Shown in pieces: positions 1-11,646 of a stretch of DNA of 64,000 nucleotides. The position numbers were made by a program, and so were the translations under genes. The notes beneath the pieces were generated by a model, which was given only the letters and a program-made list of their open reading frames with translations, did not search any database and was not told where the DNA came from. The stretch spans positions 104,784,991 through 104,848,990 of the forward strand of contig NC_068982.1 of the NCBI RefSeq assembly GCF_001194135.2, written 5' to 3'. Source of the DNA: Octopus bimaculoides. Lineage: Eukaryota. Each line of letters starts with the position of its first letter. Within the stretch, counting starts at the first letter, position 1.

Positions 1-942
1 AATAAACTAAATTAATTAACAAAATTATAATATTTAACTCTTAAAATGTAAAGTGATGTTCCAATACACTAGTTATTTGCAGCTGTCTTTCAAAAAATAT
101 TTGAACTTTTAGCCGTACTTATGCAGTAAATGTTTCTGCTCAGCCATTCTTTCATTTTACTGACTTCCGTCATTAGCTTTTTTTCTATGGTTACAATATT
201 TCTTTGGAAAAGGCGGGAGATTAGCAGAATCAGATGGGTGGCGGACAAAATTTGTTGAAGTATTTAGTTGCTTTCTCAGTTCAGATCTTACGGAGGTTAA
301 TTCTGCCTTTTTATCCTTTCGGTGTCAGTAAAATCAATACAATTTAATAAATACAGGAATCGATATAATCAACTATAACCATCTTTCAAATTTCAGTTCT
401 TTGTGTCTATATTAAAATCAAATATTTCTTGGGGAAAAGTGTTTTTTTTTTTTTTAATTAATTTCGAGAAGATAAAAACAGTCTTTTCATGAAGGAAGCA
501 AAGCGAAAATACGATATCAATTATATTTTCATTTTGCTCGCTTGCTATTGTTGTCAGTCCTGATTAAGCAGATGTATGATTGACTACAGGCATTCAAAAC
601 GCTTCAGATATATTATTTTTGTGACTACTTTTCTTAAGTGGTTGTTGGCAATGACTGGAAGTCATTGAACAAGTTCCGATACATCTAGTATAGACAAATA
701 ATGAATAAACTGATGAAGAGAAGTTCTGTTTCGGAGTCAAAAAGATTACAAGCTAGCTATAACACCCTACTTAAACTGTTTATTATTATCGTTCTGATGC
801 TCCTAGCCTGACAATGTTTCTCACATTACCCTCAGACAATACATTCCAGAACTTTCCCCCGCCCCCCTCTCTCTCTGGATATATACTAATCTTTGAAGAC
901 TGCTACAGTGTGTCCTATTTCCAAGATGAACAATCCTCTGAC

Positions 943-1130
943 CAGTGCCAGATTTAGGACAAATGACGCCGTGTGCTAGTTAAGTTGTGGCTCCTTACGT
1001 GGGCAGTCAGGCATGCATGCTCAAGAAATTCATCGTAAAAATATTTTTTAGATAGGAAGATGCCCCCGCCCCTGGTGAAACGAGGCCCTGTGCTTAAGCA
1101 CACCTAAGCAGAATGGTAAATCCGGCACTG
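943..1130. mobile_element. hAT-family MITE
   Basis: 14-bp TIRs CAGTGCCAGATTTA / TAAATCCGGCACTG (13/14) and 8-bp flanking TSD CCTCTGAC / CCTGTGAC (7/8). Confidence 0.75.
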
Positions 1131-1453
1131 CCTGTGACTGTTCTGTTGCTCTTATTTTCATTATTTCAGAGATGATGACGATATCTATTACGAACAAATT
1201 TCTCTAACTCTTTGAGTCTCTCCTTCTTTTAAGGAAAATAAAATCTACTGGATGTACTGACTCTTCTGTGGTAATAATAAGGCTCACAACTTTAGTCTTT
1301 GCGAATGTTCAGGCCAACTTACATAGATATTTCATGGAGAACGGTTGTCTTCTTCTGCATCTGGAGCAAACTAAGACTTAGCACAAGGTCATCTGCGTAA
1401 TCGGATCCATAGTGATGTTCTACTCTATGAATTTTTGTGGCACCCCAAAACAT

Positions 1454-1690
1454 GGCGCGTGGTCTAGAGGTTAGGGTGTTGCACTCACGATTGCAAGTTC
1501 GTGGTTTCGACTCACGGGCCGAATGTGCATTGTGTTCTTGGGTAAAACACTTCATTTCACGTTGCTCCAATCAGCTGAGTAACTCTGAGACGAACTGGCG
1601 TCCCGTTCAAGAGGAATGTTGTAATCTCGGTCACTTACATGCCATAGAAACCAGGTAACCGCCTTTGAGTCCTCAGGCTCAAGACAGTAG
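1454..1690 (+). mobile_element. tRNA-derived SINE
   Basis: tRNA-like head with A-box (TGGTCTAGAGG) and B-box-like (GTTTCGACTC), followed by a TTGGGTAAAACACTT core. Confidence 0.6.
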
Positions 1691-1989
1691 TATTCAGTGG
1701 TTGATGATGAAAATACGGCATTAGTACAAGCGATAACGACGCAGCGGCTTTGGAGCAGCCAAGGTAACATCACAAATGTAATATGATACTTTGGTGAGAC
1801 GGGATGCTAACGAAAAAAAAAAAAAACTTGTTTGTGAGCGGTCCAGTTCAGCACGAACATCTTTGAATATAACAGATTGAAAATGAAATGTAATAATAAA
1901 TTACGCTATTTTAGTGTCTTAACCTGTTCACCGACGGCTGCATGAATTCCAATCTCTCTACTGGTATGAGAGTGAGTCGTTAATAGTGG

Positions 1990-2780
1990 NNNNNNNNNNN
2001 NNNNNNNNNNNNNNNNNNNNNNNNNNNNNNNNNNNNNNNNNNNNNNNNNNNNNNNNNNNNNNNNNNNNNNNNNNNNNNNNNNNNNNNNNNNNNNNNNNNN
2101 NNNNNNNNNNNNNNNNNNNNNNNNNNNNNNNNNNNNNNNNNNNNNNNNNNNNNNNNNNNNNNNNNNNNNNNNNNNNNNNNNNNNNNNNNNNNNNNNNNNN
2201 NNNNNNNNNNNNNNNNNNNNNNNNNNNNNNNNNNNNNNNNNNNNNNNNNNNNNNNNNNNNNNNNNNNNNNNNNNNNNNNNNNNNNNNNNNNNNNNNNNNN
2301 NNNNNNNNNNNNNNNNNNNNNNNNNNNNNNNNNNNNNNNNNNNNNNNNNNNNNNNNNNNNNNNNNNNNNNNNNNNNNNNNNNNNNNNNNNNNNNNNNNNN
2401 NNNNNNNNNNNNNNNNNNNNNNNNNNNNNNNNNNNNNNNNNNNNNNNNNNNNNNNNNNNNNNNNNNNNNNNNNNNNNNNNNNNNNNNNNNNNNNNNNNNN
2501 NNNNNNNNNNNNNNNNNNNNNNNNNNNNNNNNNNNNNNNNNNNNNNNNNNNNNNNNNNNNNNNNNNNNNNNNNNNNNNNNNNNNNNNNNNNNNNNNNNNN
2601 NNNNNNNNNNNNNNNNNNNNNNNNNNNNNNNNNNNNNNNNNNNNNNNNNNNNNNNNNNNNNNNNNNNNNNNNNNNNNNNNNNNNNNNNNNNNNNNNNNNN
2701 NNNNNNNNNNNNNNNNNNNNNNNNNNNNNNNNNNNNNNNNNNNNNNNNNNNNNNNNNNNNNNNNNNNNNNNNNNNNNNNN
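1990..2780. other. Assembly gap (N run)
   Basis: Ns. Smaller gaps at 8922-8944, 21641-21661, 28920-28929, 32126-32171 and 61528-61668. Confidence 1.
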
Positions 2781-3110
2781 GGGTGACTTACACCCACCTT
2801 TTTCACCACTTCCTTCCATCTCTGCTCATATACTCTGGCTGACAGGGTTCTCTTTTCCAGCCCTATTTTGCTCTTCAGATGGTATTTGAAGTAATTCAGC
2901 AATCCAGGGCCGGACATGTAGGACCCTGTCCCCAAACCTTCCATTCTTGTCCTCCCTATGCACTCTTTCAATACTGCTACCGTACAGAAAAAGCAAGCCT
3001 CACCTTCCTTTGAGAGTCCAGTTGGCGGTATCATCTTTATCATAGACCCAGCCGTACTCGTCCCAGATGCGACAACACGTATTCTACATAAATTCGTGTG
3101 TTGCTTCTCT
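2781..3110 (-). mobile_element. Decayed non-LTR retrotransposon ORF2 C-terminus (L1/Tx1-like)
   Basis: Frameshifted translation YVEYVLSHLGRVRL / PPTGLSKEGEACFFCTVAVLKECI...LLNYFKYHLKSKIGLEKRTLS...RW resembles recalled Tx1-type ORF2 ends; it runs into an assembly gap. Confidence 0.5.
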
Positions 3111-4028
3111 GCAAAATGTCAGTAGTAATGGAGATTAAATACGCTTTACACCGCTTAAATTGCCAAAGGAGTAAGTATAAACAGCTGAATACTTGTCAGT
3201 GATTGGTTGAAATTATCGAAATAAGACAATTTTTTACATGAAATAAATTCGAATACAAAATTTTTTTTCTGTTCTATAACACAAAATAGATAAGTATACG
3301 AAATTTGAAAGTTTTTCGGTACCAAAAACACTACATAAAACATAAATGAAAACTGGTGCCCCCGTTCTGAACAAGATCCCCTTTTGTCCTTGGACAATCC
3401 CATCGGCTCTAGAATTGAAGAAATATTTTACCTAAGCTAGGATTCGTTTAATAATTAGGTTTATTTCATGTTGGTGAGTAAAGTGACTCGCATTCAGTTA
3501 ACATGACAGACCAATAAAAACCTGGGGATTGGGGTAGCTTGTCACACCGACGTTTCATGCTTTCTAAACACATCGACTCCGATGGACATTCTTTCGATAT
3601 TGGTCTAGAGTATAGGTATGAGGAAACCAGGTCATTCACCCACTATTTCAGCCTGGCCTCTTTATCTGTCACGAAGGAAGGTTGTGTGGCCGTGTACCAA
3701 TATCGAAAGATTGCTCTCCGATGGAGATACGAAGCTTATTTGGGGCAATTAAGCCACTGATATTTGTCATGGCTAACCTTCAGAAAATTCGACACAGTAA
3801 ATATATAATTCTTTATTGCCATCAGAACGTAACGGCAGATAAAATACCGCTAAGCATTTCAGCCGGCGTGCTAACGCTTCTGCCAGCTCGCCGCTTTAGA
3901 CACAGTAAAGATAAGCTAACGAAGAAGCCTATATAAATTCGTTTCACATGCATACCCCCCCCCCCCCAAAAAAAAAAAAATCAGTTATATTATATCTATT
4001 GTCCTAACAGTATAAATTTCAGGAAAAC

Positions 4029-4083
4029 ATGACGTCATAATTTCCGACTTCCTGTTCTTAAATGCGCAGGTGCAGCCGGAAGC
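4029..4083 (+). promoter_or_regulatory. Housekeeping-type promoter motif cluster of PUF60
   Basis: Palindromic CRE ATGACGTCAT (4029-4038), ETS-like ACTTCCTGT (4047-4055) and GCCGGAAGC (4075-4083), and TGCGCA (4063-4068), in CpG-containing DNA about 250 nt upstream of the ATG. Confidence 0.55.
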
Positions 4084-4314
4084 TAACATTCGCTAGTCGA
4101 CTTCGAAATACTGAGAATTTCTAGTCGTACTTAACGTTATTCTGTAAATAATTCAATAAACGTTTGCAGAGAATTTGAAAGATAATTACTTTACTCTCTA
4201 TATATATAAATAAATAAATATACTGAAGAGAAACAAGGTGCTTTCAGAAAAAGCCTTGTGTGTTTTAACAGCACGAAGGATTCGTATCATCTTTACCAAA
4301 TTACTTTCCATTTC

Positions 4315-4374
4315 ATGATGGCACTTACTATGTCGGACTTGAAAGCACCGAAGCACAACGGTGATATAATGGAG
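4315..4374 (+). CDS. PUF60: PUF60 exon 1 ([20 protein letters not shown])
   Basis: ATG downstream of a promoter-like motif cluster; strong donor GAG|GTGAGT; phase 0 fits exon 2. No homology support. Confidence 0.7.
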
Positions 4375-7300
4375 GTGAGTTCTGTTAAGTTTATTGATAA
4401 TGTGAAAATATTGTATTTGATTAACAAACGATATTAAATAAATGGGTTTAAAAAGATCTTTGGAGATTATTTCCTCAATCTCGCCATCTTGCGAGACTCC
4501 GTCACATGTCTGGATAGGAATATATTAAACAGAATATAATGTTTTAATAAGAATGGGTTTTGTCACTTATTTCATTACTTTCTCTTAATATTAGCAAAAT
4601 CACACATCTATATTATAAATATTTAATTATTATTCATGAAAGCAGGTTTTGCTTGAAACGCCCAGTCCTATTTAAATTCATATTTGCTTTACTTAAACAA
4701 TTTAGGTAATTACTTGGTGAAAAAAAAAAAAGATAAATATTTCAGTTAAATGTTGAAGAAATTAAATTTACTAAGTACCTTAAATATCCATTGAGCAAGA
4801 CAAAAAATGCCGTGCAATATTTTCTTTATGTTATATTTTACTACACGTCGCCATTCTGCAAAATATTTTTATCTAAAAAATAAAGATTGCAGCGTGGTAA
4901 ATACTTCCTCTGTTTTTATCGTTTTAGATTAGACTCCTTTAGGAGAAATAAATTGATTTCTCTCTCGCTGCACATATATATTATATTATATATATATAGT
5001 GCTGATTACATATATCTATTTGTATTAGATTTCATTGCTGTCGAATTGAAAATAATTTCGAAATGTTAATGCTATCATTAGTTATGTTGATCATATATTG
5101 CAGTGATTCGCTTGAGGATCTATCTATCTAGATGGATAGATAGAAAGAAAGAAAAAAGAAACAATTCAAGGAGACTGGAACATTCCCCATATTAATTAAA
5201 ATAATTTTTTTTATGCTAATATACATTTTCATTTCTTATGAAGCATGGGACTTCTCATTTGAAATTCCGCCGCGTGTAAGTGTGTGTGTGGTTAATGATG
5301 GTAAAATTTAGAAATAGAGGCGGAATTAATCTTACACACCGAAAGTAAAATAAAAAGTAATTACTTTCTGTATATCTATCTATATATGCTATTACAACAA
5401 TATACATACATTTTATTTTATTAAAATTGTTTACATAAACAGAAGAATAAGCCTTATAGAATATACATGTTAGTCTGTCTTTCGTGTAATTGAACAATTA
5501 AGCATTCGTCAGGACACGTCTGCCGCCACTTCAGTTGAAATGCTGTCCCAGTCGTTTGTCCTTGATTCTTCATTGTTTGTCAGTGGTGATAAGCGGTTTT
5601 TAGTCTTAACAAAAACGTTTCTGTTTTTATAAGTTGTAAACGTATGGTAGTTATGATGTTCAGTTCCCAAATCAGTTTTGGCCCCACTAGCTACTGATCA
5701 AAAGCTTTCCAGTCTTTAAACCATCTTGTCTTTTTGTTTAGTCAGCCGACTTATCTAATCTCTCTCTTTTTAAAGACGACATGGCTAGCGACCACGTAGA
5801 AGGTTCCCTCTATTGACTCAAGAAAACCAGTTTTATGAGTCTCTGTCGCTATGTTGTTATTTCATGCAGCTATTAATAAACTGTCTTACGCTAAGTGATT
5901 AGTATCGCAATAATGAGTGAAAGAAAGGTGATCTCGGCCTTTTAACTCCAGTTCGACTCTTGAAAGCTGAAGCAAATGCAACAAAGCCTGTCAATGAATA
6001 GGAAGTTAAACTTGCAGATTTGCCCTAAATTTTTAAAGCAGCCAAGTTAAAGAGTTAACTTTAAGTCAAAGGAGGTTACATGACGTGTTCGAAATAGCAG
6101 CCAAATCTTTCCTCAATCACACCTTAAGATGGTGTGGCCACGGCTGAAACGTCTTTGCTTGTGTGTTTAACTCCATCAGAGCAATCTTGAGTTTAAAGAA
6201 TTGATAAAATAAATCACTCGTACGTAAATGGCAACTTGGTAACAATCCGACAAAATTACCGCGAAGTTGCAAATTAGAAATGCAGTTTTATAAAATCCTA
6301 GCAATTATATTCAAGTAATTTATTTTTTAAAAATCCAATCAACATGGCACAGATTTATAACTTGAAAAAAAAACTGTTTTAAATTTCCCTCCTAACCTTT
6401 GTTATTCTTAATAAATTAACGTATTTGTTGGAATAGAAAACTCTAGAATATCGAGTCCGAAACTCAATGTAATTTCATAATATCACATGAGCTAAGAAAA
6501 ATATGATTTTTAATCACAACGTTTCTGAAGAGGTCTTATTATTTTCCATATCTTTTGTTGTGCAGCGTTTGGAAAGGCCAATCTCCAATGACGTCCCGCG
6601 TCTTGCATTCATAACCGTTTAGTCGGAATATTATGTGGACGAAGCACTGGACATGTAAATCTACATAATCAAGCTGACACGCACACACTCAGTTTGCATT
6701 AGCGCCAAATGAGGATTTTCATATTGCAAGATCCTTGAAAGAGATAATCATTAAATTGATGTTCCTACATTTCTTTGATCCGTTTATTCGATTCATTGTA
6801 AAATATTAGCAAAAGGAAAATATGCAATATTTTTTTTTTGCATACGTGGCCCTTATTTGAATGTACTTTTTTTTTTTTGATGAGTGACAGAAATTGTTGA
6901 TATTTTTTTAACGCCGGTTCTAACCATTTTAAATAATTCGTTTGGAAAGAAAAATTTTGAAAAACAAAATCAGTTTTTGAGTGTAGTGAAATAAATAGAT
7001 AATAAATTTTAAACTTGCTCGGGCTTGAAATATCAGGCAAGCAAACAAAGCAACGATAGTTTTTTGTTTTTTTTTTGTGTGTGGTTAGATAGAATGGTGG
7101 AAGTGCACAAACAGAGAAAAATTGTGGTGGTTTGCATGCATAATTGCTATTTCATTGAAGTCTTATATGTGAGAAGTATAAATGCATTAGCGAACATTTT
7201 ACTTATTTTGATGGAATATGTTAAGACCGGCACCAATTTACAGCAAGACTTAAAAGGCAAATTCAGCATCTGCAAAATTTGATCTCACCCAAATAATGGT

Positions 7301-10300
7301 GCACTGTAAAGTATCTGAGATAGTCTGTCCTGACTAATAATAGATATGATATTGTTTTGCAGACACTAAGTGGTATCGGGTGTTTGTTTAAAATGACCCA
7401 ATTCTTACAGCAGTATAAAGTTGCACAGTTTTTTGCATATTTCTTTCTTAATATACAGAAAAGGTTTTGAAAATGCAAATATATGGGAAATGTAATTGTG
7501 CAGCATTCATACCTTTCTTAGTGGCATTAAGCATAAACCTTGATGATTAGAGGACATGACAAGCACGAAACCCGATTGCTATGTTTATAGTTTACAGCAG
7601 CTGCAGTTGTATTCTTAGATATTAATTAGACTTTAGCTGAGTGAGCATTAAATAAATTGTACTTGCTGGCTTTCAGCAGTTTTTGAAATATCAGACAAGT
7701 AAAGCATATCGATTCAGTAAATACTGACCCCATCCGATTTTAACGATAAAATGAGTTACTAGGGTAATTATTTTTATGCTGTAGAAATGAAATGTCGGTC
7801 GCTGTTCAGAAACCGGCACTACTTAGAGGTCCCTTAGGGTTAGTTTTTAGGGGCCTCTGTATTTAAGTAGTACCCAGGAACCCGCTTTATCGCAAATTTT
7901 GCGATTGATAATAATAATAATAATAATAACAATAATAATAAATTTCTACTGGAGGCACAAGGCCTGAAATTTGGGGGGAAGGGACTAGTCAATTACATCG
8001 ACCCCAGTGTCTCACTGGTACTTAATTTATCGACCCCGAAAGGATGAAAGGTAAAATCGACCTCTGCGGAATTTGAACTCAGAACGTAGCGAAGCATTTC
8101 GTCCGGCTGCCAGCTCGCCGCCTTATAATAATGGTTTCAAATTTTGGTACAAGGCCAGCAATTTCGGGGAGCGGGTAAATCGATTACATCAACCCCAGTG
8201 CTCAACTGGCACTTTTATCGACCCCGAAAGGATGGAAGGCAAAGTTAACTTCAGCGGAATTTGAACTTGGAACGCTAAGCATTTTGCCTAATAATAATAA
8301 TAATGACTAGCATTTTAATTAGTGAAAATAAACACAAAATCTCTATGAAGGTTTGCAGAATTGATTTTTCAGCTTGGCACAAGACCAACTTTTACAGAGG
8401 TATAATTAGTTGAATATATTGACCGAGTTAACATTGATGCCCAAGTTGACTCAAATCCAGTTAACTGAACGATAAAACTCAGTAAAGTATTTTAGTTTGG
8501 CGCTTTACTGGTTTTTATCAACTTTATAATATTGATTACCTATGTTTTATCAATATTTTGAGATTTGTAGACTTTATCAGATCTGTAGTACATGAAAAAG
8601 TGTGTGCGCAATAAAATGTTTTGTAAAATATGTAATTATTTAACATGTATACATTAAAAAAAGACTTTTATCTGATATGCATGGTATCTCAAGGAGACGA
8701 AACAAAGTTCATCACATCGTCAGCTTCAACTAGCATTGTTAAAACTACACAAAAAAGCTCATTTGGAAAAGTAAACGGGGTGGGGGTGGGGAATAATAAC
8801 TCATAATGAGCTCAACAAAATACTGTTAATTATTTGAAAACTTTCAGAAAAGGAATCCCTGTCAGACGGGTTAAATATATATAAGATGTAATAAGTTTCG
8901 AATTGATGCAGTTTTTTTTTGNNNNNNNNNNNNNNNNNNNNNNNACCAATAAAAATAACTTGGTTATCGGCGTGAGCTAATTCTTTTCAGTTTAATGTTT
9001 TTTGTTTTTAATTTTGATTTGCATATGTTCAATTCGCTACGATCTCTTTAAAGTAAACAAAATCAAGTTTAAATTGGGATAGGGGTGAAAAAATATATTT
9101 TACATATTCGTAATCTCCAACATCTAAAAAGTAGGAATCCGAAAAAAAAAAAAATGCATTTTTCAAGGAGAGGTGTGAAACTGCATTAGCCCCATTTTCT
9201 TTTATCTCATTTTAATTGATAAATGCTTTAAGGTGATAGAAAAAAATGTGTGTAAACAGTTTCCAACTGATTAGTGCAGGATATATAATTGTGCAAATTT
9301 TTGATAATCCAATCAACATTTCTATTTCTCACTTTTTTCTTTCTCGTTATGAGAAAAGAATACAGAATATAATAGGTATATGTCTATAACAGTGCTTGCG
9401 TGTACTAAATGTCTGAGAATTATTGAATGAGCAACACTTTTACCAAGCCGATAATAATATATAGCTTCTATCTGTATTGTCTGAGCTGTGTCCATGACCT
9501 AGATATTTTTCTGATGCAGATTACGTACTGTAAAGGCTTCACAACTATGAAGAGCAGGAACTATTGTTTTTATCAAATTTACAATTGCCTAACGGAAGAT
9601 ATCAATAAAAAGAAAATTTTTAATAAACTGTTTTGCAATTTGTTCCATAGTTCCAATCTCTTTGTCATCAAGAGATAAATTTGCTTTTTGTTTCTTATTT
9701 TGTTTACCCCACCCCATTTATTAACGGAAGCAACTATGTGCATTCACAGCATTACTGCGGATGGTGAAGTGATTGAAGAAACACTGGACTATCCAATGTG
9801 TCATATAAAAAAACCAAGAACTTCGTGGCTAGCGGTCCCAATCTCTTCAAACGTCTCAAATACGATTGGTTGCAAAATGTTATTTACGTGTAAGTGGTGA
9901 CACATCTGCAACTTAACATGCACAGCTGCAGACGTGTTATATCTATCAGATGGATTTCCCTATATCGATCTGTATGTTTTCATTTAAGATATACTACATA
10001 TATATATCTGGAAGCACAGCACTTTATTTACAGTTTGAAATTAATAGTCGACATTCGATTCATTTTGATTTTTGCATATACACAAATTTGTGTCTATTAT
10101 TTGTTAGGGTGATCATGGTTGAAATGCGTTTCTTGAAACCAAATTGAAAAAAATATTGCCGATTCCTTAAAAGGACAGAATGTTATGGTTGGAAAACTAT
10201 TGTCACAATGTTACACAAACACAATTCATATTTGAAATGCACGTGCAGAAATCAAGTTTGACTAGTATACTTTTCATACCATGTAGATTGTACATGGGAT

Positions 10301-11615
10301 TTCAGATGTCACCAATGCCATGATGTAGAATTTGGTTTAATCAAAAGGAGATCATCCCCTGCAATCATTTTTCAGAGCCTTTGACACTGCTGGAAGGAAT
10401 AGGAAGTTATCTTCAGACCAAAACCTGAGTGGATTCTGTTAAAAAAAACTTACCAAGTGATGGTGACTAAAGTCCTACTCAGTGGGATCAAATTTGAAAG
10501 CTTATAGTTTGCTATGCAAGCTTAACTATGTTGGTGTATCTGCACTCATGAACTGGCACTGAACTGACCTAACAATTTACAATGTTTATGTGTGCATTCT
10601 CAGCATGGGCTATGGGTGGACAAAACTCCATCCCTCAGGCTACTTAGAAGTTTGAATAATTTTCAAATTTTATTAAATGTTCTGCAAATAGCTCAGCCAA
10701 CATATGATCTGCTTGCTAAATGCATGTGGTTTGTGAGCAACCATTTGACCATCCCTGCTATGTAACTAAATCTCTCTATCTGTCACTATATTTTGTTTCT
10801 AGTTTTACTATACATCTATACTATACAAGTGGTTGTACAAGAAGCAAGCACAAGGGACAAATTCTGATAGCCAAGGCCAAGGAGAACCACTTGATGAAGG
10901 CAATAATGCTTCTGAACAAGCTGAGTTGGAAATGATTTGGTTTTTAGACGAAAAGAACTTCCACCTGGACAAGTTGCGCAACACACAGAACATCAGGTAG
11001 CTTGCCTACAATCCATGTGATGTCCCATGTATCATGAAAACTAACATCCCCCAAACTTTGATGGCTTTTGGGTGTGTCTCCAGTGAGGGTGATGTCGTGC
11101 TGCTCCATATCTTTGAGGAGGGCTTAGGGTCAGTTCAGATGTGGAACTGCTGGAGAATGTGGTCAAACTCTGGCTGGGGAGTGCTGCTGCTAGAAGGCCA
11201 TGTGTGTGATAATAGGATTTGGCTCCTTGCCATACCTTCTGAAAGAGTCAGATGTGGTTGTTGAAGAATTTCTATAACTTCACTAGCTCCAATTTATGGC
11301 TTCCTAATCCCCCTGATTGCAATCCCTAAGAAAACACCATGGCCAAGCTGTTGGATAAAATCAAGATGTTCAAAGATCTCAAGGACACAGTGTAATTTCA
11401 TTGAAACAAGTAAAAGAATAAAGAATATCAGTCATTTGACTGCGGCCATGCTGGAGCACCACCTTTTAGTCGAGCAAATCAACCCCAGTACTTATTCTTT
11501 GTAGGCCTAGTACTTATTCTATCGGTCTCTTTTGCCGAACCGCTAAGTTACGGGGACGTAAACACACCACCATCGGTTGTCCAGCGATGTTGGTGGGACA
11601 AACACAGACAAACAA

Positions 11616-11646
<31 letters not shown>

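Noticed and set aside
1958-3043. Long ORFs spanning N runs (also 62684-63714)
   Set aside because: Their length is an artefact of Ns; only the LINE-like part at 2781-3043 has real content.
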